Source: a bacterium (GTDB lineage: Bacteria; Patescibacteriota; UBA1384; 2-12-FULL-50-11). Taken from it: a stretch of 64,000 nt of DNA. Location: the NCBI GenBank assembly GCA_021463485.1, contig JAJTYJ010000001.1, forward strand, positions 1,378-65,377. The letters are read 5' to 3'. The notes beneath the pieces were generated by a model, which saw only the letters and a program-made list of their open reading frames with translations, had not been told where the DNA came from and did no database searches. Positions 1 through 7,063 of this stretch are shown piece by piece. The translations under genes were made by a program, and so were the position numbers. The stretch's first letter is position 1. Each line of letters begins with the position of its first letter.

Positions 1-1035
1 TTTGGACCGAAAACGATCATGATATTACCCGGTGAAGAAGCAGAGAACGGCACTCCTAACATTACGGCAAACTTTGCCCCTTCAACGCTGTTTGTCGATG
101 ACATTATTTATCTTAGCCAGAACGCAAAATTAATCGATCAGCCAGTCGATTACGCTACTTTTATCGGTGGCCTAGTTTCTAAGGGCACAACAAAAATTAG
201 CGGTTTACCTGTTGGCATCACACCGGGAGCGGCTGATTTATTTAGCGTTGTCATAAAAGAGGGTGAAGGTATTTCTCAGGAAAACGTCGATAAAAAAGAA
301 AAAGTTATGGTTATTTCAAAAAATGCCGCGGAAAAACTGGGCGCTACCATCGGTGACGAACTCTCAATTGGTGCTAATAACTTTAAGCTGACCGGTGTAT
401 TTGAGATCGAACAAGAGCTAAACCTAACATCCAGTAGCGGAGATATGTTTCTAATACCTGTTACCGTTGCTAATGAGATCAACCAATCAGAGCAAGTTAA
501 TCGAGTAATTGTTTACGCAAAAGATATAAACGAGGTAGATAAGGCTCGTGAGGAAGTAAAGAATTTACTTACAGCCAAACACGGCTCCACTGATTTTACG
601 GTATTAAAACCGACTGATTTGCTCGAAACGATTAACCAAATTACTGATGTTTTAGCATATATGGTAGTTGGTATCGCTTCAATCTCGCTGCTAGTGGGTG
701 GGATCGGGATCTCAAATATTATGCTTGTAACCGTTGCTGAGCGAACTCGCGAGATCGGAATCCGGAAAGCCGTCGGCGCCACTGAAGGCGCAATTTTGCT
801 CCAATTTTTAATAGAGGCGGTGCTCCTAACAGTGATTGGCTCAGTTATCGGTCTTTTAATGGCCTACGGCACCTCTTTACTGGCAGCAAAATACTCGCCG
901 CTCGAACCGTTAATTACACTACAGACTATTGGGATCGCTTTGAGTATGGGTGGGATTGCCGGTATCGTCTTCGGGCTATTCCCGGCGATTCGCGCTGCTC
1001 GCAAGAACCCTGTCGAAGCGCTCCGATTCGAGTAA
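1..1035 (+). CDS. ABC transporter permease, FtsX/MacB-like (C-terminal part; 5' end lies outside the window)
   Basis: The ORF is open from base 1 in frame 1. It contains a large extracytoplasmic domain followed by the FtsX-type 4-TM bundle, with the motif 'VAERTREIGIRKAVGA', and a C-terminal 'NPVEALRFE'. Confidence 0.8.
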   Translation, partial: FGPKTIMILPGEEAENGTPNITANFAPSTLFVDDIIYLSQNAKLIDQPVDYATFIGGLVSKGTTKISGLPVGITPGAADLFSVVIKEGEGISQENVDKKEKVMVISKNAAEKLGATIGDELSIGANNFKLTGVFEIEQELNLTSSSGDMFLIPVTVANEINQSEQVNRVIVYAKDINEVDKAREEVKNLLTAKHGSTDFTVLKPTDLLETINQITDVLAYMVVGIASISLLVGGIGISNIMLVTVAERTREIGIRKAVGATEGAILLQFLIEAVLLTVIGSVIGLLMAYGTSLLAAKYSPLEPLITLQTIGIALSMGGIAGIVFGLFPAIRAARKNPVEALRFE

Positions 1036-1036
1036 A

Positions 1037-1813
1037 TTACTGAACGCTTGACGGTGGGGTCGATGGCGGCTGGTTATTACCTAATACCATATTCTCATCC
1101 ACTAACGTTGCTGGCGGATCTTGTACGACCACTTCTTCTAATGGTTGGGTAGCTGCGGCTGGCGCTGGTGGCACCTGAGCAGCGATAGGCTGCGCTGGAT
1201 CGTTCATATCGTGAAGCGTCGTCGATGATTCTTGGAGTTTCTTAACGCGTTTTCGCGTATCAGCGACTAGAATCAGAATTAAAACATCGAGCAACAATAG
1301 CGGGAAGAGTAAAATTGGCCACAACGTTCCGCCGCCAGTACTAAACACTCCGCTACCCAACGTTGTTTCTTGTTTAGACGCGCCAGCAGTATCGGTGGTG
1401 TCACCGAGCTGAACACCGGTACCGTTCGTGCTTGGAGCTGTTCCGGTGTTCGTACTACCGCTCCCTGTACCGGTTGAGCCGGGCTGTGTATTACTTGTCG
1501 TACCAGAGCCGGTTGTAGAGCCACTAGTATTACCTGTGGTTGAGTTAGTAGTGTTACTGTTTGTATTTGAGTTGGTAGTTGAGTTGCTCGTGCTATTGCT
1601 GGTTGTATTATTACTCGTGTTACCGGTGTTGCCAGTATTGTTATTGGTAGTTGTGCCGCAGTTTGGATCGGGTGATTCTTCCCCTTCAACTACAACCACG
1701 CACGGCTCAGTTGTGGTTGTGTTACTGTTGTTCGTTGATCCGCTACCAGTGCCTTGTGTTGTTTGCCCCTCACCACCTGGCTCAGTTGCCACCTCAGCTC
1801 GGAAGATCCTCAT
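1037..1813 (-). CDS. Ser/Thr/Asn-rich low-complexity envelope protein with a hydrophobic anchor segment
   Basis: The 258-aa ORF is dominated by T/S/N/G repeats followed by 'LWPILLFPLLLLDVLILILVADTRKRVKK' (TM plus basic tail). The in-frame upstream codons, up to the stop at 1907, encode 'LNNKLILPITAVAVAVAIIVFVFSS', a signal/TM-like segment with no ATG/TTG/GTG, so the start may be non-canonical. The opposite-strand ORF 1428..1910 looks like a complement shadow. Confidence 0.45.
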   Translation of the reverse strand: MRIFRAEVATEPGGEGQTTQGTGSGSTNNSNTTTTEPCVVVVEGEESPDPNCGTTTNNNTGNTGNTSNNTTSNSTSNSTTNSNTNSNTTNSTTGNTSGSTTGSGTTSNTQPGSTGTGSGSTNTGTAPSTNGTGVQLGDTTDTAGASKQETTLGSGVFSTGGGTLWPILLFPLLLLDVLILILVADTRKRVKKLQESSTTLHDMNDPAQPIAAQVPPAPAAATQPLEEVVVQDPPATLVDENMVLGNNQPPSTPPSSVQ

Positions 1814-1956
1814 TGAGGAGAATACAAAAACGATAATCGCAACTGCGACCGCTACGGCAGTGATTGGTAGTATTAATTTATTATTCAGTTCCCCCCTCGC
1901 ATTTTCTTAATGCTAACCAATCAATAACAATTAGACAAGCTTGGGGAGTTTTTATC

Positions 1957-1985
1957 TTGACGCTGTGTAAAGTTTACTTTACATT
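1957..1985 (+). promoter_or_regulatory. Sigma70-like promoter of the HTH-Hsp20 gene (-35 TTGACG, 17-nt spacer, -10 TACATT)
   Basis: TTGACG is at 1957-1962 and TACATT at 1980-1985, with an exact 17-nt spacer. The ATG follows at 1999, so the leader is very short. Confidence 0.55.
1966..1983 (+). promoter_or_regulatory. 18-bp perfect palindrome TGTAAAGT-tt-ACTTTACA in the promoter spacer, overlapping the -10
   Basis: The sequence reads directly as an inverted repeat with 8-bp arms and a 2-bp centre. A near-identical copy occurs in the dnaK promoter at 63294..63311. Confidence 0.6.
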
Positions 1986-1998
1986 ATTCCTAGAAACG

Positions 1999-2697
1999 AT
2001 GACAAAATTTCGGTTATTACTTCGAGAACTGCGGCAAGCGAACGACTTGAGCCAAGAAGAATTGGCTCGAGCACTTCAGGTATCGCGACAGTCGATTATC
2101 TCACTTGAGCGCGGGGAGTATCTACCGAGTATGCCGGTACTGATCTCGCTAATTGAGTTTTTCGACTGTCCGATCGACCAGCTGATCGACGGCGTCTCAC
2201 CGAAAAATAATCAACAATTTGTAAACCAAATCGAGAAAGGGGGTGAAAAGCAGATGCAACTAACGCCATGGAGTCCGTTTCAAGCGATTGATCATATGCA
2301 AGAAGAGATGAATAGTATGATCGAACGAACGTTCGGTCGCGGAGATTGGTCTAACGCTCTACAAGCAACGACCGGTGCGATGAACATTCACGAGAGCGAA
2401 AAAGAGTACGAGATCGAATTCCAGGTTCCGGGTTACACGGAAAAGGAAATTACAATCGAGATGACCGAGAATACCCTAACAGTTTCCGGCGCCAAAGAAG
2501 AGGAGAAAAAAGAGGGTAAAGATGTTGTTCGACGAGAATGGCAACACAGCCAATTCAGACGCTCTATCCGCTTTACCCACCCGATCAAAGAGGATAAAGT
2601 CGAGGCGAAAATGGAGAACGGTACGCTCAAAATCATCGCTCCAAAAATAGAGCCAACAAAACCAAAAGTAAAAAAGATCGAAGTTAAGAAAGGTTAG
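1999..2697 (+). CDS. Fusion protein: N-terminal XRE-family HTH domain plus full-length Hsp20/alpha-crystallin small heat-shock protein
   Basis: The N-terminus 'MTKFRLLLRELRQANDLSQEELARALQVSRQSIISLERGEYLPSMPVLISLIEFFDCPIDQL' is a classic Cro/C1-type HTH. Downstream, 'LTPWSPFQAIDHMQEEMNSMIER' matches the sHSP N-terminal region and is followed by an alpha-crystallin domain ('EIEFQVPGYTEKEITIEMTENTLTVSG...REWQHSQFRRSIRF...ENGTLKIIAPK'). The ORF track begins at 1864, but the ATG at 1999 sits right after the promoter. Confidence 0.8.
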   Translation: MTKFRLLLRELRQANDLSQEELARALQVSRQSIISLERGEYLPSMPVLISLIEFFDCPIDQLIDGVSPKNNQQFVNQIEKGGEKQMQLTPWSPFQAIDHMQEEMNSMIERTFGRGDWSNALQATTGAMNIHESEKEYEIEFQVPGYTEKEITIEMTENTLTVSGAKEEEKKEGKDVVRREWQHSQFRRSIRFTHPIKEDKVEAKMENGTLKIIAPKIEPTKPKVKKIEVKKG

Positions 2698-2716
2698 GAC
2701 CTAACAACTTCTAATG

Positions 2717-2741
2717 AAAAAGGCGCTCAGAGCGCCTTTTT
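2717..2741. terminator. Bidirectional rho-independent terminator
   Basis: aaaa-GGCGCTcagAGCGCC-ttttt lies between the convergent genes ending at 2697 (+) and 2742 (-). Confidence 0.6.
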
Positions 2742-3035
2742 CTATTGCGACTCTTCGAGTTGTTTCTGCCAGTCTTCTTTGTACGCTTCGGGATCACTAA
2801 TTACGCCGATACCGGGGATAAATCTAGTTGTGTAACTATACGTTTTTTCCCCTTTACGTTCTGCTTCCTCGATTGCTAATTTCCGCTCGATTATCATCGG
2901 CGATACTTCACCGTTTGAAGCAACTGGTTTTCGCACACTAAAATACTGGGTTGCCCCGATCATCAAGATAATTGCTCCGACCGCCGGGGCAATTGAAGAA
3001 AATCGTGTTAATGCGTCTACTACTTTCTCTTTCAT
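2742..3035 (-). CDS. Small single-TM protein, last gene of the secreted-paralog operon
   Basis: The 97-aa ORF abuts the stop of paralog A (3036). It has one hydrophobic segment, 'IAPAVGAIILMIGA'. Confidence 0.4.
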   Translation of the reverse strand: MKEKVVDALTRFSSIAPAVGAIILMIGATQYFSVRKPVASNGEVSPMIIERKLAIEEAERKGEKTYSYTTRFIPGIGVISDPEAYKEDWQKQLEESQ

Positions 3036-3626
3036 TTATTGGTATCTACCTTCAACTCGCCAGCGCAACGGAATCATGGCACCAGATTTCATAATAGTTC
3101 CTCCGTCAGTATTCTCATACTTACCGTGTGCCCAGCCGTAAATTCCTGTAGTGGAGATGTTATTTGTGTTGGCGTTATTCATTCCACCTAGCACACCCTG
3201 ACCCCAAGCGTAACCGTGATTCTGAACAAAAAGATCAGCAGAATCAGGGTTAATAAGCTCAAATGTCCAACTGGTATGGGCTTGATCACCTTCAAACGCA
3301 ACTGCCCACAAGTAGTCTCTTGCCATTTGGCTACCCGCGCCACAAAGACCGTAATTTCTGTAACAGTCCGGCAGCGCTGGGAGTTTCCAGGTTGAAATGT
3401 ATTTAGGGACAGAGTTCTCCTCGTAAGTTACCTGCCACTCACCCGGTCCAATTGCAAACTTTTTCTTTGTTGTGCCTAGTTCCGTTCCAGGGTTGTTATT
3501 GACGTTGATCGTTAACAACTTCATCGCTTGCCATACGGTGTGAGTTGGTACGGCGGCAGAACCGATTCCAGGCGCGATCAAAAGTAACAATGATAATGCG
3601 ACTAAAATACTCGATTTATTCTTCAT
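3036..3626 (-). CDS. Secreted Trp/Cys-containing protein, paralog A of an uncharacterised family
   Basis: It has a signal peptide, 'MKNKSSILVALSLLLLIAPGIGSA'. Family motifs are FAIGPGEW, TWKLPALPDCY, AWGQG, GIYGWAHGKY and IPLRWRV. It overlaps paralog B by 11 nt. Confidence 0.7.
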   Translation of the reverse strand: MKNKSSILVALSLLLLIAPGIGSAAVPTHTVWQAMKLLTINVNNNPGTELGTTKKKFAIGPGEWQVTYEENSVPKYISTWKLPALPDCYRNYGLCGAGSQMARDYLWAVAFEGDQAHTSWTFELINPDSADLFVQNHGYAWGQGVLGGMNNANTNNISTTGIYGWAHGKYENTDGGTIMKSGAMIPLRWRVEGRYQ

Positions 3627-4236
3627 AGCTTACTCCTGTGACATCCCAACGAAGAGGAATCATAACACCCGACCATACGAAACCACCACGATCGCAGTTA
3701 CAGTATCTGGCGTGTGACCAACCGTACGTTCCAGTAGCGATCACATTGTGACTGTTGTCACTATTTTTTCCTCCCAGTACTGCCGAGCCTCGTACGTGGC
3801 TACTAATGTTTGAGAATAAACCGGGATTTAATGGCTCCAGTTCCTGAAATGACCATCTCTGAGGATCGTTTGGATAGTCGGAATAGCTCGTTGCTAGTCC
3901 CCATAAATAGTTATTCACCAGAGCACCGCCTGGCTGGCAGGCAGCGCGACCAGCAGAGGTGTAACAATCTGGTAGCGCCGGAAGTTTCCAAGTTTCCTCG
4001 TAAATTGGGGTGTAGTTGCCACCCGATGCCTGCCGTTCATATTTTACGTACCACTCGGATGGACCAATCACAAACTGACGCTTAGTTGTCTCTAGTTCAC
4101 CGCCGCCGTAGCCGTTCGTGTTAACGACTAGCACTTTTTTTGTTTGCCAGGTGGAACTTATATCCTGAGCGTTGACCGTTGCTACATTGCTCAAAGATAG
4201 GAAGATAGCACCGGCTGCTAACAATAGTTTAATCAT
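3616..4236 (-). CDS. Secreted Trp/Cys-containing protein, paralog B
   Basis: Signal peptide plus FVIGPSEW, TWKLPALPDCY, GTYGWSHARY, GGFVWSG and IPLRWDVTG. The ATGA overlap with paralog C indicates translational coupling. Confidence 0.7.
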   Translation of the reverse strand: MIKLLLAAGAIFLSLSNVATVNAQDISSTWQTKKVLVVNTNGYGGGELETTKRQFVIGPSEWYVKYERQASGGNYTPIYEETWKLPALPDCYTSAGRAACQPGGALVNNYLWGLATSYSDYPNDPQRWSFQELEPLNPGLFSNISSHVRGSAVLGGKNSDNSHNVIATGTYGWSHARYCNCDRGGFVWSGVMIPLRWDVTGVSYEE

Positions 4237-4868
4237 AAAATATCACCACTTACCTTCCATTCAGTTGGTAATAGAAAGCCTGCCCATACAAAACCACCAC
4301 GTCCCCCAACATTGTAGCGACCATGAACCCATCCATATGCGCCCATAAGTGACAAATTATGAATGTTTCGACCGTCTTTTCCTGATATTGTTCCTTGTCC
4401 CCAAGCTCGACCGTTATCCCTGATAAATAGCGCGGGATCATCGGGATTCATTAACCCAAACTTCCAAGTTCTCGCCGGACAGCTAGAAACGTTGGTATCA
4501 CAAACTATTCCCCAAATAAATTTTGAAACGTTCGCACCGCCAGGACTACAGCTGGCAGCGTCAGCATAACAATCAGGCATACTAGGCAATGTCCAAGTTT
4601 CTCTGTACTTCTCTACACCACTTTCAGAGTATGATACTGTCCACTCACCTGGGCCAATCGCAAAGTTTCGTTTACTCCTGCCGAGTTCGTTACCGACATT
4701 ACCCTGAGTATCGATAGTTAAAACTTTCGTTGCTCGCCAATCTTCAACGACGTCCGGGGCGGTTTGTGCGCTAATTCGAGAACTATTTTGGTTCGAATAT
4801 ATAAGAAAAACACCAAGCGCAGCTAATATAAATCCGAGAGTATATTGCAGTATAACTTTCCCTCCCAT
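4233..4868 (-). CDS. Secreted or anchored Trp/Cys-containing protein, paralog C
   Basis: N-terminal signal anchor plus FAIGPGEW, TWTLPSMPDCY, GAYGWVHGRY and GGFVWAG. Confidence 0.7.
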   Translation of the reverse strand: MGGKVILQYTLGFILAALGVFLIYSNQNSSRISAQTAPDVVEDWRATKVLTIDTQGNVGNELGRSKRNFAIGPGEWTVSYSESGVEKYRETWTLPSMPDCYADAASCSPGGANVSKFIWGIVCDTNVSSCPARTWKFGLMNPDDPALFIRDNGRAWGQGTISGKDGRNIHNLSLMGAYGWVHGRYNVGGRGGFVWAGFLLPTEWKVSGDIL

Positions 4869-4911
4869 GTCTCTTTTAATACTGTCGGATTTTAATGATT
4901 AGTCAAGCGAG

Positions 4912-5490
4912 CTACTCTATAGTAATTGATTGAATACTGTCACCAACTGAGATTTGTTTGACAACATCCATACCACCGGTGACTTTGCCAAAAATCGTGT
5001 AATTCTTTGGTAGCGAGTCGTTGTCGGCGAGCATAATGAAAAACTGACTGCTATTGGTATTAGGCCCGCGATTAGCCATAGCCAGCACACCTTCTTTGTA
5101 CCCGTTTTTATACGACGGCGTGTCCTCGTTTAGCTCATCTTCGAACTCTGATCCGTAAATTGAGGCTCCGCCGGTACCGTTACCGTCCGGATCGCCGCCT
5201 TGAATAACAAAACCTGGCTCAACCCGGTGAAACGTTAAACCGTCGTAAAAGCCGTTCTTAGCAAGCGTTGCAAAGTTTGTTACCGTTTTCGGCGCGTCTT
5301 GTGGATAAAGCTCCAACCGGATATCACCTTTTTTTGTTTTAATAGTCGCCTTGGTTGCAGAAACTTGTTCAAATGTTGTTGGATCACCTGTCATTTTTTT
5401 AACGCCTCCTTGTTTATCTTCTGACTGCGGAATTAGTAAAAATACGCCAACCACCGCTATAACACCGATAATGATATGTGTAATTTTCAT
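4912..5490 (-). CDS. Cyclophilin-type peptidyl-prolyl cis-trans isomerase with N-terminal membrane anchor
   Basis: N-terminal TM 'IIIGVIAVVGVFLLIP' followed by cyclophilin motifs 'FHRVEPGFVIQGGDP', 'GGASIYGSEFEDE' and 'FFIM'. Confidence 0.85.
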   Translation of the reverse strand: MKITHIIIGVIAVVGVFLLIPQSEDKQGGVKKMTGDPTTFEQVSATKATIKTKKGDIRLELYPQDAPKTVTNFATLAKNGFYDGLTFHRVEPGFVIQGGDPDGNGTGGASIYGSEFEDELNEDTPSYKNGYKEGVLAMANRGPNTNSSQFFIMLADNDSLPKNYTIFGKVTGGMDVVKQISVGDSIQSITIE

Positions 5491-5508
5491 TGTGCGCCCG
5501 TTCAGGAT
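5491..5508. repeat. 18-nt direct copy of the tRNA-Val 3' end (TGTGCGCCCGTTCAGGAT)
   Basis: It is identical to 5558..5575, which covers the tRNA-Val 3' acceptor strand and T-arm. It lies immediately upstream of the cyclophilin start codon, 48 bp from the tRNA. Confidence 0.6.
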
Positions 5509-5559
5509 AGTCGACTAACGTCGCCTTCCTTCACTCTAATACTTTTTATGTTTGTCATG

Positions 5560-5631
5560 TGCGCCCGTTCAGGATCGAACTGAAGACCCCTTCCACGTCA
5601 AGGAAGTGCTCTACCGCTGAGCTACGGGCGC
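5560..5631 (-). tRNA. tRNA-Val (anticodon GAC)
   Basis: The minus-strand sequence 'GCGCCCGTAGCTCAGCGGTAGAGCACTTCCTTGACGTGGAAGGGGTCTTCAGTTCGATCCTGAACGGGCGCA' folds by hand as a cloverleaf: 7-bp acceptor, GCTC/GAGC D-stem, anticodon loop TTGACGT, T-loop TTCGATC. CCA is not encoded. Confidence 0.8.
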
Positions 5632-5683
5632 CTGGCTAATTAACCAGTTAATTTTACTGAAAAATTAGTAGCGTGTGAAGTTG

Positions 5684-6337
5684 TTAGTTCGTAACCGTCC
5701 CTGTAACAGTCCACTTAAGAGGCATTAGCGTTCCGGAACCTAGGAAGCGAGCTCTACTATCAAAACCTGGCTCGTACCAGTGTTGGAACGTGTACGCACC
5801 GCTTTGCATAATACATTCATCTTCGTCGCCATTTCTTGGCGAAGAAATACAGCTAACAGTCTTTTGAGTGCCGGTACCGCCGTTTAGACGATTTTTCGTG
5901 CTAGTAAAGTCGTTTGGCGCTCGAACAGCAAACGTATAAAGCATACTATTTGTGCCGCCAAGAGCATTCTGTTGCGTAAAGCAACCCGCCATTATCTCAG
6001 CCGTGTTAACACCGCTTATATCGCAGCCCTTTTCGTCAGTATGAGCAAGCATCTGGATATTGGTAATACTCGGACCCGCCCATGTTTCGGTGAAGGTTTT
6101 CGAGCCAACAGTACCGGTGACAGTCCAGCCCCAAACACCGATCCCCGCTTGACCAACTTGCGAACTACCAACACGAACGTCAGCAGTTAGGACATTATTG
6201 GCCGTCCACGTACTTGTATACGGCGTAGTGCCCTGCGCAGAGGTTTTAACGTCCCCCTTAGACACGTAGAGCATCGCAGCGCCAGCCAGCGCCAAAACAA
6301 AACCAATTCCCATATGTAACAACGTTGTTCGATTCAT
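5684..6337 (-). CDS. Secreted protein, divergent fourth member (paralog D) of the same family
   Basis: Signal anchor 'MNRTTLLHMGIGFVLALAGAAMLYV'. It shares 'TW.ANNVLTADV' with 'TWQTKKVLVVNT' in the others, and its C-terminal 'GTLMPLKWTVTGTV' matches their 'MIPLRWDVTG'. Confidence 0.6.
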   Translation of the reverse strand: MNRTTLLHMGIGFVLALAGAAMLYVSKGDVKTSAQGTTPYTSTWTANNVLTADVRVGSSQVGQAGIGVWGWTVTGTVGSKTFTETWAGPSITNIQMLAHTDEKGCDISGVNTAEIMAGCFTQQNALGGTNSMLYTFAVRAPNDFTSTKNRLNGGTGTQKTVSCISSPRNGDEDECIMQSGAYTFQHWYEPGFDSRARFLGSGTLMPLKWTVTGTVTN

Positions 6338-6388
6338 ACTTTTATATTCACGACAATCGGCATGGCTGTCAACTTTTGATTACGAAGA

Positions 6389-6417
6389 TTGATTTTCGAT
6401 CCTGTTAAACGTAAAAT
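6389..6417 (+). promoter_or_regulatory. Promoter of tRNA-Glu (-35 TTGATT, 17 nt, -10 TAAAAT)
   Basis: TTGATT at 6389-6394 and TAAAAT at 6412-6417; the tRNA begins 10 nt downstream. Confidence 0.5.
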
Positions 6418-6426
6418 ATTGCTATT

Positions 6427-6500
6427 GGTCCCGTCGTCTAGTGGCCTAGGACGCCTGGTTTTCATCCAGGAAATCACGGGTTCGACTCCCGTCGGGACCG
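6427..6500 (+). tRNA. tRNA-Glu (anticodon UUC)
   Basis: 'GGTCCCGTCGTCTAGTGGCCTAGGACGCCTGGTTTTCATCCAGGAAATCACGGGTTCGACTCCCGTCGGGACCG' gives a full cloverleaf by hand with anticodon loop TTTTCAT. CCA is not encoded. Confidence 0.85.
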
Positions 6501-6530
6501 CAAACAGAATACACACCCGTGTTGCCTTGC

Positions 6531-6561
6531 AATCACGGAAACGACTCCCATTGGGACAGCA
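6531..6561 (+). pseudogene. Degenerate direct copy of the 3' third of tRNA-Glu
   Basis: 'AATCACGGAAACGACTCCCATTGGGACAGCA' versus the tRNA 3' portion 'AATCACGGGTTCGACTCCCGTCGGGACCGCA' (about 6 mismatches in 31 nt). It lies 30 nt downstream of the tRNA. Confidence 0.5.
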
Positions 6562-6567
6562 AAAAAA

Positions 6568-6600
6568 TGTGGCTAACCTAGTTAGCCACATTCGGGTTTT
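6568..6600. terminator. Bidirectional rho-independent terminator (10-bp stem TGTGGCTAAC/GTTAGCCACA)
   Basis: The hairpin is flanked by AAAAAAA upstream and TTCGGGTTTTT downstream. The stop codon of the minus-strand gene lies inside the stem. Confidence 0.7.
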
Positions 6601-7007
6601 TCGGAAGTCTGTTGATCGATTCGCAGGTCTAACTCGTGTTCGCAGTTAGCAGCTGCCTCATCACAAGCTTCGATAGCGAGTCGAGTTGGCAGGGACAAAT
6701 TACGAGTTTCGATTATGCGCTGTTTTTCACGAATAGCCTGTGCCTTAAGCTCTCCGAGAATTGCCTTTACACCCTCGTCCTGCTCAAACTGAATTTTAAG
6801 GTCGATCTCAATGAGCCGCTCATCGAGGATCTTGATTCGAGCGTCATCTCTGAGATCAATCTCCGCCGCGCGCTCTGAGTATTGCTTGTTCTTGTGCCTA
6901 TTCAGAATCCATAACACACCAGCAATTGCCGTAGAGGTAATTCCGATCCCCCACAACATCTTGGTATCGAGTTTCTTTCGCTCTATCTCACGCTTACTCA
7001 AGTACAA
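6582..7007 (-). CDS. Hypothetical membrane-anchored coiled-coil protein
   Basis: The 141-aa ORF has one TM ('MLWGIGITSTAIAGVLWIL') and a charged helical remainder. Confidence 0.45.
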   Translation of the reverse strand: MYLSKREIERKKLDTKMLWGIGITSTAIAGVLWILNRHKNKQYSERAAEIDLRDDARIKILDERLIEIDLKIQFEQDEGVKAILGELKAQAIREKQRIIETRNLSLPTRLAIEACDEAAANCEHELDLRIDQQTSEKPECG

Positions 7008-7063
7008 ATACCTCCAATAAGGAATGTGTTGATATTAGCATTAAAATACGCAACGCTACATAT

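Noticed and set aside
1428-1910. 160-aa plus-strand ORF rich in Val/Leu/Pro opposite the S/T/N-rich gene
   Set aside because: Its composition is the exact complement shadow of ACT/AGT/AAC-rich codons. The minus-strand frame has a signal-like N-terminal extension and a TM-plus-basic anchor, so it is the more protein-like reading.
5636-5655. Inverted repeat AATTAAC-ca-GTTAATT between tRNA-Val and paralog D
   Set aside because: It lies in the predicted tRNA-Val leader in AT-rich sequence. Plausible, but with no second copy or associated regulator it is not reported as a site.
6334-6649. ORFs 6334..6591 (-) and 6389..6649 (+) across tRNA-Glu
   Set aside because: They overlap a well-formed tRNA gene, its promoter and a terminator. 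No coding signal.
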